Source of the DNA: Vicugna vicugna | Taxonomy: Eukaryota | Assembly (NCBI GenBank): GCA_013265495.1 | Contig: MU063893.1 | Location: forward strand, 310,001 to 374,000 | DNA: 64,000 nucleotides | Direction of reading: 5' to 3' | In this document: piece after piece, positions 38,401-51,500 of the stretch | How positions within the stretch are numbered: position 1 is the first letter of the stretch | How the letters are laid out: each line of letters opens with the position of its first letter | Notes under the pieces: model-generated | What the model was told of the DNA's origin: nothing | The model's database searches: none | The model's input: only the letters and a program-made list of their open reading frames with translations | Position numbers and translations under genes: made by a program

Positions 38401-40013
38401 TATGTGAGCTAAAACTTTTAAAGCTTATATGTGTATATAGGTGAGTGTATTTATTGCATGCTCATGTATGTGTATGTAGGAAGACACACAACAAAATTTC
38501 AGTAGAAATAGAAGTTCACAGGTGCCTCCGCCATTGTATAAGGTCTTTGACAACAGGAAACAAGTCAATATTATTCACTATTTTATCCCTTGAATTTTGA
38601 TAAAAGAGAATTATTTGTTGAATGGTCAAGTAAGGAGGATAGTAACTCTCATGAGTCAGGTATGAATAATTCAAAATCATTTTTCATTTACTTTTCAAGT
38701 GTACTAATTTAAAAATAATAAAGTACACAATAAATTTTAATTTTTTGATGTCCAAAGGCAGAGGGAAGTCTGTAAGCAGAGCAAAAATTATACCATACAT
38801 AAATCTCATGTATTTTTTAAGTGAAAAACAGAGACACAATTTTTAGTTGAGACAATGCAGAAATCCTTGGCACTGAATTCTGCTCTGTGACACAAAACAT
38901 AATATAAGAGCCAATTGATTCTTGTCTGATTTTGTAATTTTGTTTAGATTTTAGGCCTCCAATGGATATTGTCAAAATAGCCTTGCTTACCCTTTGCAGA
39001 TTATTGCATATCTCAAACACACCCTCTCCAGGAACCTTCCTTTTACTTCCTTCCTTTGTTGCAGGGATACTTAGGGAGTTATTATAGTGATGCTATAAAG
39101 CCAGCATGTAAGCCACTGGACGACTATTTCTAGCCTGTTCACTAAATAAGTCCAAGATGAAATCATCAGCACAGAGGTGTCAGTTAATTGAGGAATCAGA
39201 CAGCCTGAGGGCTCAGACTGGTTGAGTAAACACCCTTATCCCAAGGACAAACCTTTGCTCTGACATTGGAGAGAATACACAAATGAACTTGCCAAGTAAA
39301 TTGCTTTCCTTCTCAGATGCATGATCTCTTGCTCCAGTGCTGAAGTCACTTTTTAATGAGTTGGTAGGTAAATATGGAGCTAGATTGAGAGAATTAGTTC
39401 ATGCTTGTACATTTTCAATATCGAGGGCGAAATGAAGATACAGATAGCAATTTGAATCTAATTTTCCAGCTTGCATGGATGAAAGGTCACAGAGGGAAGC
39501 TGAAATGTACCAGGATATTGGGGGTGGGAAGCATAGTGATAGTGACAAAGAAAACCAGCTGACGCAGAGCAGTGGCCTCTTCAGTAAATACAGCAAAGCC
39601 CTATAGTATAAAGTCAAGACAGATGGAGCCGTTTTCTCTCTGAAGGTACGTGTGGTGCAGCAGTCAGGAAAATATAGATCTAAGACTGAAGTCAGTGATG
39701 GTCATTTCTGACCTCCCAGTCAGCATCATAGGATCATATGAGAATTAAAGTAAAATTAGAATCCTAGAATGCTTTTAAGCTGAAAGAGACATTGGAGTTC
39801 AATGTCCTCACTGCCATAGAGAACAAAAATCAAACTCATGGAGGTAAATACCATCTCTTGATTGAGACTGCAGATTTTTTTTTTGATTTCCCAAATATTT
39901 ATTAAGAATATTCTGTATCCTAAAAGAAATTTACTGGATACCAAAGGAGTTAATATGGTAAAACACGGAATTAGCATTGTTGAGCACCCATGTGCTAGGA
40001 TTTATCTGGGTTA

Positions 40014-40520
40014 TTTCTTTTTTTCTATTGAAGCATAGTCAATTTACAATGTTGTGTCAATTTCTGGTATGCAGCACAATACTACAGTCATACATGAATA
40101 TACATATATTCGTTTTCATATTCTTTTTCACCATAAGCTACTACAAGATATCCAATATAGTTCCCTGTGCTATACTATATAAACTTGTTTATCTATTTTT
40201 ATATATACCAGTCAATATCTGCAAATCTCAAACTCCTGATTTATCCCTTCCCCTTCCTTGCCCCCCAGTAACTGTAAGTTTGTCTTCTATGTCTGTGAGT
40301 CTGTTTTTGTTTTGTAAATAATTTCTTTTGTCCTTTTTTTTTTCTTTTTTAGATTCCACATGTGAGTGATATATGGTATTTTTCTTTCTCTTTCTGGTTT
40401 ACTTCACTTAGAATGACATTCTCCAGGGCCATCCATGTTTCTGCAAATGGCATTATTTTATTATTTTTTATGGCTGAGTAGTATTCCACTGTGTAAATAT
40501 ACCACAACTTCTTTATCCAG
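40014..40520 (-). mobile_element. 5'-truncated camelid-type L1 3' end
   Basis: ttttctattgaagcatagtcaatttacaatgttgtgtcaatttctgg...ttagattccacatgtgagtgat...ttcacttagaatgacattctccagg...ggctgagtagtattcc. Confidence 0.9.
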
Positions 40521-40764
40521 AGATTGTAGATATTTTAACATCACAGACCCCTGCTCTTTGCCTAAGTTTAGACAAAGACTGCTGTTTAAAAACAAAGAGA
40601 TCAATGTGAGAAATGCAGTGGGTGGGGTGATTATGTGTCTACTGTTAGTTGGCTTGAGTTCCTGAAGAAGCCATCTTGCATAATTGAACATGTTTCTTCT
40701 CAGATGAAACAGATTCAAAATAAAACCCCTCCCAGGTAGAACCACCAAGTTCCTAAATTTAAAA

Positions 40765-40770
<6 letters not shown>

Positions 40771-40816
<46 letters not shown>
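40771..40816. repeat. (CA)23 perfect microsatellite
   Basis: Uninterrupted CA run read directly. Confidence 0.97.
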
Positions 40817-40818
<2 letters not shown>

Positions 40819-41899
40819 GTCTCAGAAGGAGAAGACAATAGGACCAGTCACGAGACAGCTGGAAGAGAGCAAAATAGGTGGGTTTTCGTGCAAAAGTAAA
40901 GGCAGCAGGGAGGTATCCTCACATTCATTCAGCTGCCAATATCAGGGAGTGTCAAATCCTAAAATCAGAAGAAAACTTTCACTCAGAAAAATTGGTAATT
41001 TTGAGCTAAGGCCTATTTTACATTATAGGTTTGTTTAATGTAGTCATTAAACTTGTCCTGTCAACACTTTTATATTTATATTCCTCTTTTCATTTTCATG
41101 TATTTATTTTTAATCCTATAGCATAAAAATGGAAAGCGTTCTCAATTATTATTAATAATGCCATTTTCTATTTATCATCCTTCAAAAATGTATTAACAGC
41201 TCAACAGGAGTCATATATGACACCTTTTTGCTCTGTGTGTTCATAATCTGATGCAGTTTGCTCTTAGTAACAGGATATGTAAAGAGAACACATACCATAT
41301 ACTGCCCAAGCAGTATGTACACTGCTTCTTTATGTCAACTTAGGATCAGTTTCTGCTTCATGTAGGAGAACAGGAAGCAATTATTGGAAATTTTATTTAT
41401 TATAAATTTGTAGAGTTCAGCAATAAATGGTGATTATTTGGGAGCGGTTGTGACTTCATGAAAATTGTCATCATATGGGATAAGTAGAGGAAATCTGTGC
41501 AATTCATGTGAGCTTAAGAAATTCAAGAATATACTTTCTAAATAATACAAAGTAGCTAAGCAACAGTTCCAACAGACCTGTGGCACAGTTGACAATGTTA
41601 CAAACTGTGAAATTAATTCTCTTTCCATCTCTACTCCCAACCTAGCCAGAGCCAACTTTAAGCTTTTACTTAAGCCTATGGATAAATCTTGAGGAACCTG
41701 GACTGGGAGGCCTGGTTTAAATTCCCTTGTATCATCTCATTTAATTCTTGACATGGAGACAACCATTCAGGCAATGAGAAAAACTGATTTGAAATTGAAA
41801 TCCAGTTAGAGATCCTGGTCAATGAGATCACACTCGATACCAACTTGATTGATGTTATCTATAGTTTATTAAATCTGACTTTAAGTTGTGGTCTTCAGT

Positions 41900-42520
41900 G
41901 CCTTGGAGTCTCCATTTCTCAGTCTACATATTCCTTAAGTCCTCTGCTATAACCTACATTTCTCATACCAATAGATGCCCTTAGGAACCTTCCTAAACCC
42001 CCTATTCGTCCACATCCCCAAAACAAATCGAATCTACTCTCACCCTTAACCCCTCCCCTCCTGTTTGCAAGATTAACTCTGGGGCCATCCTCTCTTCATG
42101 TCATCCATATATTATTCTTTTCTGCTTCCCTAAGCTCTTGCCTCACCGATGATACTGATTGCTCTTAATTGTTTAGATATGTAATTACCAGGGTTTTCTT
42201 CTTTTCAGCTTGTCATCCTTTTTATTTTTATTTTTTTTAAAAAGCAACTAAACCAAATATTTTCAAAGTCCTCCCTAACCTATCTTTCCTTCAGATCATC
42301 TTTTTGTTTTTCACTTTGCTTTCTCCTCGAGTTATAAAATAGGGGTCTGTCTGTCCACCTTGTTGCTCTGTTATTCATCCAAAACCTGACCACATACAAA
42401 ACTACATTTCTTGAATTCTTATTCTCTGGCTTTTGTAGTCAGAAAATTTCCATTCTATCTCCATTTTCTTGAAAATAATTCTTATTTTTCTAATTCATTT
42501 AACCTCAACATATGAAAATA
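41900..42520 (+). mobile_element. L2 LINE ORF2 remnant
   Basis: Pyrimidine-rich degenerate sequence; cactttgctttctcctcgagttata resembles the L2 RT region. Confidence 0.45.
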
Positions 42521-44092
42521 CTATTTGGGTTCTATAAATCCATTGAGTCTTTCAAAGTAGCCATTTGAAAGTTTGTTTTTGTTTAAGAGCGTGAAGTTCA
42601 TAGTAAGAATAAAGGAGCTAGCTATATAGGTTGGCTGTTAAAAACTTGGTTATAAAACTTGGAATTATAAACAGAAACTAAACTTTATTCAAGTGGTTCC
42701 CAATCTTTACCTTAAAACACAGTTTGAAAACCTGAGGATATACTGGACATTTTGCCAAATATAATGAAAAATCACCCATTTCATAGTCCATGCCCCCCAT
42801 CATGCCTGTTTTTGGTATTTTTGTAGTTTGACTAGTTTCTGTTCCCTCTCTTAGACAGGGCTATACACCACTGTGACTTTCTGCTTTGTGCACAGAGTCA
42901 TTGTTATTTTAATAACAATACAAAAAAGAAAAAAAAAAAGAAAAGAAACACAAGCAAAGTGGGTCAAGCTGTCACCTTTCAGCTTTACAGTGGGCTTTGA
43001 AAGCAACCAAACAAGGGAAGAGCCAAAGGCAGGCTGCTCACAAGTTACATTCCTAAATGCAGACACAGAACTGAAGATGTTTTATTGTGAAGAACAGAAA
43101 GAGGCTGCCTACAAATGAGTCTTTCCTTGGAACACTTGGACTTAATGTTGCCACTCCAATAGCCACGCATGAACCAGAGTGGAGACCTCATGTCCAGGCT
43201 TAGGATGGGAAAGTGCACGTGGCACGCTGGAGTTGGCCAGCTTGGCAGATTGCGAGGGGGCATCTGATCTTCAAAAGACATCAGTGCAGGAGGTCCTGAT
43301 CGTTCACTTTGCTACTGGAGGTCAGCTCTAACCTAGTCGTGACCTCTAGGTTCTAAGATGATGAGGCTATGTCTGCTGTCTGTGGAATAGATAAATGTTT
43401 TGTAGTCACCGTGTCATAAATAAAGTTTCTTACTTCTAGCCAGTCATAGCAGAAGAATAACAGGACATTAGCGATTGGGAAACTGGCCTCTTGTGGCTGT
43501 TCCTCAGACAATCGATGCCATCTCTTACATGCCACACTCACTTGAAGACAGTATGGATGAGGGACAGTGAATAAACATGTAGCAGATAAGTATTTGGATA
43601 AAGGGATTGAAGAAGTCACGAGAAATAGCATGGGTTAAAAAGAAAAGGCCTGGAAAAAACTCACTCAAGAAAACTAGCATTTGGCAGAATGAATGGTCTA
43701 TTTTGTTGTTGTTGTTATAAGATACTCACTTTCAATTAGCAGAACTGCTGAAGTGAAATTTTAAAAATAGTTCTTTTTAAAAAAAACAGCATTTAGAGTA
43801 ATATGGTAAGTGTAAGTCACAGATTAATTTTAGGCATATTCACAGATCATGTGACCACGTTGCTCTAAGCATTCACAATTTGACTTAGAATGGAATCTTG
43901 CTATTTCTACATTTTTCAGCAACAAATCTCTTAGTTTTCTTATTTGTTCTAAATTAGGATAGAGGCAGAAATTTTTCTTAGTCCCCCCCAGAAGATCATA
44001 TTCTCCTCCAAAATAAACTGATCTGCTTTCAGCTCAAATATGTGGTATAAAATTGCTAAATAGTCTTTCTTGGATCTACAGCAGGTATTTTA

Positions 44093-44395
44093 TTTTATTT
44101 TATTTTAAACATTTTTTATTGAGTTATAGTCATTTTATAATGCTGTGTCAAATTCCAGTATAGAGAACAATTTTTCAGTTATACATGAACATACATATAT
44201 TCACAGTCACATTTTTTTTCACTGCAAGCTACCACAAGATCTTGTATATATTTCCCTGTGCTATACAGTATAATCTTGTTTATCTGTTCTACATATTCCT
44301 GTCAGTATCTACAGTTTTTGAACTCCCAACTATCCCTTCCCACCTCCCTCCCCCTTGGCAACCACATGTTTGTATTCTATGTCTATGAGTTTGTT
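44093..44395 (-). mobile_element. Young 5'-truncated camelid-type L1 with target-site duplication
   Basis: aacattttttattgagttatagtcatttt...gctaccacaagatcttgtatatatttccc...ggcaaccacatgtttg, flanked by tctacagcaggtatttta at 44075-44092 and 44396-44413. Confidence 0.93.
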
Positions 44396-47300
44396 TCTAC
44401 AGCAGGTATTTTAAGTGAAAGTTTACTTGTCCAAGGCCTTAGGACCTTTTGGTTAGGAAGAGAGTAAGTTATTCATTTTTAGATTCAAGTTTCTTGAAGT
44501 TCTGTGTGTAGATTCCTACCATCTCCATGTACGAATCAGGATACCATGGAATAATCATGGAATTCCCTGAATCCTTAAGATGAATGGAAGCAAGTAATAG
44601 AAGTGGCATAGAACAGACTCATACAATATAAAATTTGCTGCAAATAACTTTCTTATTTTCTTGGGATAAGTACAGAATGCAAGCTTCATTCCCTTTTCTT
44701 TCTTTGTTTCTTTTTCTTTTTTAAGCTCTACTTGTTGGTTAGAAATGCTTGTTAAATGATAATGAACTTAATAATAGTGATCACTTTATAAGCACCTGCC
44801 AGGAGCCTTGTGTATTTTTTTTTAAAAACAACCCTAAATGGTAAATTTTATTTTCCATTCTTTTAGATATGGAAAGGGAGTCAGCAGATTTAAGTTCAAA
44901 TAGTTGGAAACTAGCAGAGATAGGTTTCAGTCTCAGGTTTAACTCCAGAGCTTTATCTCCTGCATCCAGAAACTCATCATAGTTATCTGTGTATCAAAGT
45001 TACAGAAAGAAAAGCTAGACCACCCTTGTGGAGCCAGGAGGCCAGCCTTTCTGCTGGCACATCTCTCGGAAGAATATCCAGGCCTGGTAGGTCTTTGCTG
45101 CCCTCTCCTTCAAGAGGAAGTGATACTTTATGAGAAATTTTCTGCAGACTACTACCTTTTTAAAAGCAGAAACATTCTTTCTTTTCTTCTGCAAGGAGTC
45201 ATTATCCCTTCTTCTTTGGCTAATGCAGGGGCAGCTGGCACACACTTGCACACAGTGGTTAAGTGAAGGAATCCAGGGCAAGTTCTGTTGGCTTCCTATT
45301 CCCTTTCATTTTATATTGTTTCAGAGATTAGTTAATTACTTGCAGAATCCTCTTCTAATGTGTTCTCTTAGAGGTCCGGCTACGTGTATTCCTGTCCCAG
45401 CAGACAGTACAAACTAAAACTGTTCTGCTGATGGTACAGCTGTGCTTAAAAGACAGTGTCCTGTCCAGCAGATTTGTGCATAAGTCTCAATCCATTTACA
45501 GTCTATCTACTTGAAGCTTTTCCCTTCTCATGCATTATTTAGGTATGGACATTGCCTTTAAATACCTCTATAATGAGAATTGCTCAATGTTTAGTTACTT
45601 TTTTAGTAGGTGACATGGTGGGCATGAAGGCATATAAATTGTGTTGGGGATAATTACTAGCCAAGATGGTACAGTTTGAGCAAGGAAGTGTCATTTTTGA
45701 AACAGCCTTCATACTGGGCTTGGCCAAAATGGAACCTGCCTCCTAGGGAAAGGTAAAGTTAAAGGCCTGTAAGTCTAGCTCAGTCTGAATGAGAGATCTG
45801 ATTTTTCAAAGTGTTTGGAGACTCTGTAGGTGAGGAGGAGTTGGGATGTTTAAATATTTAGGTGGGTTTGAACTGGTGGTGTTGGGAGAAGAAAGGGGAG
45901 GGGAATTGGAGGAAGAGAGCGTGAGAGAGGCATGTGATGACCTATAAGATATATATCATATCTGTTAAATTATGTCCTGAGTCTCCTGTGGTTATCACCA
46001 AGAAAGTGGTTTTATTTCAAGCAGGTAGGAGAGTTGACTGTCCTGATTTAGCACATAAAGTTCATTCTCTTCAACCAACTTGCTTTATTTTAACTCTAAA
46101 TTAGTGCTTTGGATACAGAAATCTTTGCTGAGTTGATGTAGCTTTTTATGTTTCCTCATCTCAATTGCCATTAGATCATTTAGTAAAGACTTTAATCTTC
46201 TCCTTGCTCTCATTTTTCACATTTTAGTGGGATAACACTGTGGTCATTTTGCTCCATTCTAGAAATAGGCTGCAATCAGACTCTGAGGAAACAATCATTT
46301 TGTCTTTCGATTGGAAACAATAAAAATAGTCGCTGCCCATTACTCCCTACACTTCGTTACTACTTTATTTTTATAGCTTCATTGAATCTGGTATGAATCA
46401 TAAGTATATGAGATCTGTGTCATTTCTGTCATTGAAAAGTTAAAGGACCCAAGATTCAACCTCATGGAAGTGAATTTCTGCATTTGGACTCTATAACTAT
46501 TCTAGGAATTACTACCAGAAGAATGATGTGTCTGTTAAGCTTACACGTATTTTCAGAGGTTATAACCGAGAAAATTATTCCTATAAAACACAATCACTGA
46601 CTGTTACTTTTTTCATTTGTGTACTTTATGAAAAGATCAACACATGCATTGATTAACTTTTTTTTGCTCCATAACCATTTTCTCAACCTTAAGCAGAGAC
46701 TTGCTTAAAATAAATAGATTCCTAAATACAACCAAGTGGCTGTTACTCTACTTACCTGTTACAAATGTGTCATCTAAGTTTGTATTTTCTTTACAGTCAG
46801 GAGAAATTTCACTTCCTCCTGTACTCCTAATCTTTTTACAACTTCTGTCCCATTTTTTCCTAACAATTCCAGTCTACTCTTCAAAGGAAACTATTAACTT
46901 ACTTTTTTTTAGCCTGAACTAATTTTCATTTATCTCTTCAAAGCTGTCCTTGATACTACTAAGCTCCATGTTGCCGTGTGCTTGTAGCTCAGTCTCAGCT
47001 TTCGAAAGAAGGCACGTGCACCATTGAGAAGGATTTCCAGAGGGATGCATTGTTTAGGATTGCTCAACCTCTCTAGAATACAGTGTTCATTCTAGAATTT
47101 TCTCTCAGAGTCATAACAAGCCTCCATCCCTCCGCAAATCTGATTCAGATGTTTCATTCAAGCAATGAATTAACTAATTTAGAGTTATTAAACCAGCAGC
47201 CTGCCAACTTTAGGAAAAAAACAAAACAAAATACAAAAAGCCGACTATACAAATTTTCCAACTTCTCAAGACAGTGAGAAAGACACAGGCATCAATTCAA

Positions 47301-48369
47301 ATACAGCTGCCTAATCACATGCAACTTTCAGTAGCTCTTTGAGGATTGCTTCCAATTTCTTTTCACTCCTCTTCTTCATGAGGACATAACCACCGTTAGG
47401 CAGAGGGCTTTCTCCACTTTTTGCTGCTGTCCGCTCTAGAACGCACTGCTTTGTCAGCCCCATTTTGTAGATTACGTTGATCGTCAATATTGCCGTTCTG
47501 TCAAATTCCTGGTACAGAAAAGGAAGGGTGCCGCAGTGCTTATTCAGATGGAAATTCTTTTTAAAAAGTCAAAAGACTGGTTTTATTCTGGATTGTGCTT
47601 TGTTTATAATTGTCCAGACCACTTTTCCCTTTGGCAGGAGGTGTAGTGTGTTTAAAAATAAAAAAAGCAAAAGCAAAAAACTAAAAGGAGCCACAGACAT
47701 AGACATGAGGACAAGGGTACTAGTTAAATCATTGTCGGGTCTCTTTCCCTCTTAAGCATGACGTTTTTCTAGAGTAAGTGCTGTTTAGGATGTGTTTTGA
47801 AGAAGAGAAGAGAGAGCTTGACAAACATGGAGTGAAAGTTCGTCCCAGCATCCCTAAGAATAGTATTATGTTTGACAGGCAGACAAAACTGCAAGCATGT
47901 TTACATCATATTAAGGGTTTGGAAATTCTTTAAGGTTTTCACATTGGAAAAACTAATGAATTCTCTTGTACTAATGTGGGGATCAAATTGTTATTTCAGC
48001 TACTTTCACTGTTATTTACCATTTTCTTTTACATTTTTTCCTTTTTTTTTTTAACAAAAGTGCAACTTACATACAGTGAAGTGCACAAACCTTAAGGGTA
48101 TGGCTCTATAAATGCAATGTTTTAAGTGAGGCTTTCTTTTTTCAAGTATTTTATGTAATGCATATACAATAAAGTCTGCAGTACTGTGCTGCAATTTGCT
48201 AAATGAGAAGCTACATACTGTTTCCAGAATACTTTCAACACATCTTTTCAGATATAATTAAAATCTCATTGTAGGTGAGTCGATGGCTAAGTCTTTTTCT
48301 GTGTTTTCTATATTTTTTCATCTCAATATGACCAGCCTATCTACATGGATTCTTAGCCATGGTCCATGT

Positions 48370-48572
48370 CATTGTATTGACCCAGTGTTGTTTTAAGTAC
48401 CTGGATATTTCATCAGCAACATGTGTGTCCCCTAGACTATAAACTCTTTGTGGATAAGAATGTGTTCTATTTTTTGGTCGCTCATTACTTACTTCCATCC
48501 TCCACAGCCCTTGGAGGCATACGAAGATCTGTACATAACAGAAATTCAATAAGGTGTTTTTGAATGAAGAAA
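48370..48572 (+). mobile_element. L2 LINE 3' end
   Basis: cccctagactataaactctttgtggataagaatgtgttc...ttcaataaggtgtttttgaatgaa. Confidence 0.75.
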
Positions 48573-49957
48573 GAAACAGAAAGCTCTAGTTTCCTAGCAG
48601 GACTGCCATTGCTCCCTGCGGCCACCATGTCTACTATAGCTGCTCATGTAGTGTGATTCAGGAGCTCATGAAAAGGCTCTCCACAAGAATAATGACTTAA
48701 AATGTGTTACCTGGATAGAAAGAAAACCTGATTAAAGAAAAAGAAGTGGAAATTTATTTCATTTCTGCCAGATGCTGAAAAAGTGCCGAAGTGTGGAAAG
48801 TCAGTATCTTGAGAAATCAGAGCTGCACCATCTCCTGAGCCCCAGGACAGAACTCTTTACCTTTAAGCAAAATTGAAAGACATGTAAGATTTGTAAGGGT
48901 TAGCACAGTATAAGAAGTCTGTATCATCTACTGCATCAATACCAACACTCTGTACATTGAAATCTTTGTTTAGAGAAAGAGGACTTTATTTCCCAAGACT
49001 TAAGTCTCTTCCCAATTCTCTTTTCTTTCTTCCTTTTTTTTTCCCAGCATCGTTGATGGCAGGAGTGATTGATTACTGATATAGGAATAATCTCAAAGCT
49101 GATTAAACACCTATACCATGCCATTTGTAAATGAGTGGGATTAATTAAATACTTAGAAAATCTAAAACAGTAGAGACTATATACCTCAGTGGTCATCTCT
49201 TCCATGTCAGGGACATTTTACAGTTAGAATCTCTTTAATCAGATTATCATATAATATATTATATTCATTTAGAAATATATAATACAAAATTTAAAATAAA
49301 TCAGCTTCATTCGCTTTCCAATTGATGACAATGGTGTAAATTGATTATTTCATCCTTCAGGCAGAGAAGAGATAATGGGTGAGTCTCCTAGACTGTCATC
49401 TGCTAGTTCTTTGTTCCTAGTATAGTCTTGCTTCTAATGATGGTCTGACGTTTTATTGTATCATCCTTATATTCTTCATGTTTTTTATAATAGTAGTTAT
49501 TTTGTACTGAAAGCTAGATATCTAGGCATATCATTATTGAAATATACTTTTAATTATAATACTTTTAATATACTGTCTCAGGACAGACTGCAGTGTTTAG
49601 CCCTTACGTATACAATTTAAAAGGCCAAAATGGACCTTATCACTCTATCCACTGAGGGAATTTCAGGCAACACTAGTGAGGCTGATGATTTTATCCCTAG
49701 TGTTTGCTCAGTGATTAGACTGCTTCTTAGAGATCATGTCTGAAAGAGAGGGACAAAGAAAACCCAGAAAACTTTGCCATTTGTGGTAATGTATTTAAAT
49801 AGCTGTAGAAATTATAAACCTATAAATAGTATATACACTAAGATTAAATTTTAAAAACGAAAGTTAAATAAATATAAGCAATCGTAAATTTTAAGTTTAT
49901 GTGAATTCCTCTTGATTTCTTGTTGTAAATATTTTATGCAATCACATATCTTCTTTC

Positions 49958-50074
49958 TTTCTAATGTTTTTTATTGATTTATAATCATTTTACAATGTTG
50001 TATCAAATTCTAGTGTAGAGCACAATTTTTCAGTTATACATGAAACATACATACATTGTCACATTTTTTTCTCC
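49958..50074 (-). mobile_element. 117 bp camelid-type L1 3' tip with target-site duplication
   Basis: ttttttattgatttataatcattttacaatgttgtatcaaattctagtgtagagcacaatt..., flanked by atgcaatca(c/a)atatcttctttc at 49936-49957 and 50075-50096. Confidence 0.9.
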
Positions 50075-50191
50075 ATGCAATCAAATATCTTCTTTCCCTG
50101 GATTCCACTTGTTGTCAATCATAGGTTCCCTTTTTTCTGACTTTTTAAATTCTGCTAGAAAGTTTTTTTAATAAATCATGTTTTGTTTCAT

Positions 50192-50360
50192 GATGTGGCA
50201 TAGTAGAAAGAATGTGACCCTAGGAGTCAGATAACTAAATTTGGACCATGGCCCTTGTACTTGCCAGTTCTCTGATCATTATCATAGGTAAAGCTGGAAA
50301 ACATGATTATTGTTTTCAGAGTATTGTGAGAATTAAATAATGTGCAGAAAATTCCAGCAC
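50192..50360 (+). mobile_element. MIR SINE remnant
   Basis: tggcatagtagaaagaatg...taggagtcaga...tgtgagaattaaataatg. Confidence 0.75.
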
Positions 50361-50929
50361 TTAGATTACTCACATATTGATAAATTTATTATTAGCTTAT
50401 TATGTTATAGATGCACCTATGAAAGTAATCATTATATATCACACATCTTGCCTGACTTGGGCAGTGTGTGGATAAAATCTCATTTATTTTTATTAAGTTT
50501 TCACTTTGTATCCAAATATATATCAGAAAAAAGTTTTTAATCATTAAAATTAGCATTTTGTCTGTAACACTTCAAAAAGATCAGTTACTGCCAATGTTAG
50601 AACTTCTGTGTAAGTGACATGAAAACTTTTGTGGAAAGTTATAGATCAGTTTACATGGTGATATGTTTTTATGATGATTGCTTTTATAAAAATGTTTTAA
50701 ATTTTAAATATCCCATATTTTCATGTGCAGAACTTCACTTATTAATTCTTTATCTTACTGTAAATATTTCTTGTCCAAAAAATCACAATACTGACCTGGA
50801 TACAGTGATCTTCTGTTGTCTAATTCAAGGACCCAACTTGGGTTAGTCACACAGATCAGAGGAATAAATTTAAGGGGCTCACACTGGCTGCTAGATAAAA
50901 CTGTTCCTCAGACAAACATTGAATACTTG

Positions 50930-51500
50930 TCACGGAGTCCAGAATCAGGTACTCTGGGTTTGAATCTCAAATAACTTGATTATTTGACCTTTAGTTCCAT
51001 ATTTATAAAACGGCATATAATAATAATAATAATCACTTCAGGAGTTGCTCTGAAGAGTAATCATGCTCAATACATCTTAATTATTATTAATATTATTATT
51101 ATTATTGATAATTTGATATTATTAATAACTTAATATCATTGATAATGATATTTTAGTATTATCAGTACCACCACACTCCACATTTCCTCACTCATAATTT
51201 GTTTCATGTACACACCTAGAATTTCCTGTTAACTATTAAGAAATGTGATCAATTTATATCCATTTAATAATTATAAATATTAATAGTATTTAATTAATGC
51301 TTAACCATGTATTAACATGGTTCAGAGACACTATCTCACTTTTATTCTTACCACAATGCTAGAAGAAAAATAGGGTTGCTACTACTCCTGTTTGAGAAAA
51401 AAAGAAAATTAAGGTTCATGGAAGGTAAGCAACATGACCAGACTCATACAGTTAATAATTAAAAGCAGAGATTAGCACCCACAACTTTGCCAGGATAATA
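50930..51500. mobile_element. Two MIR remnants (about 50930-51080 on +, 51290-51500 on -) around an AT-rich tract
   Basis: ctgggtttgaatctc...atttataaaacggcatataataata, and attcttaccacaatg...gaaggtaagcaacatgaccagactcatacag. Confidence 0.6.

Noticed and set aside
40771-40816. (CA)23 as the regulatory CA polymorphism described for human CHRM2
   Set aside because: As I recall, that repeat lies near the upstream transcription starts, outside this window. This one is an ordinary intronic microsatellite.
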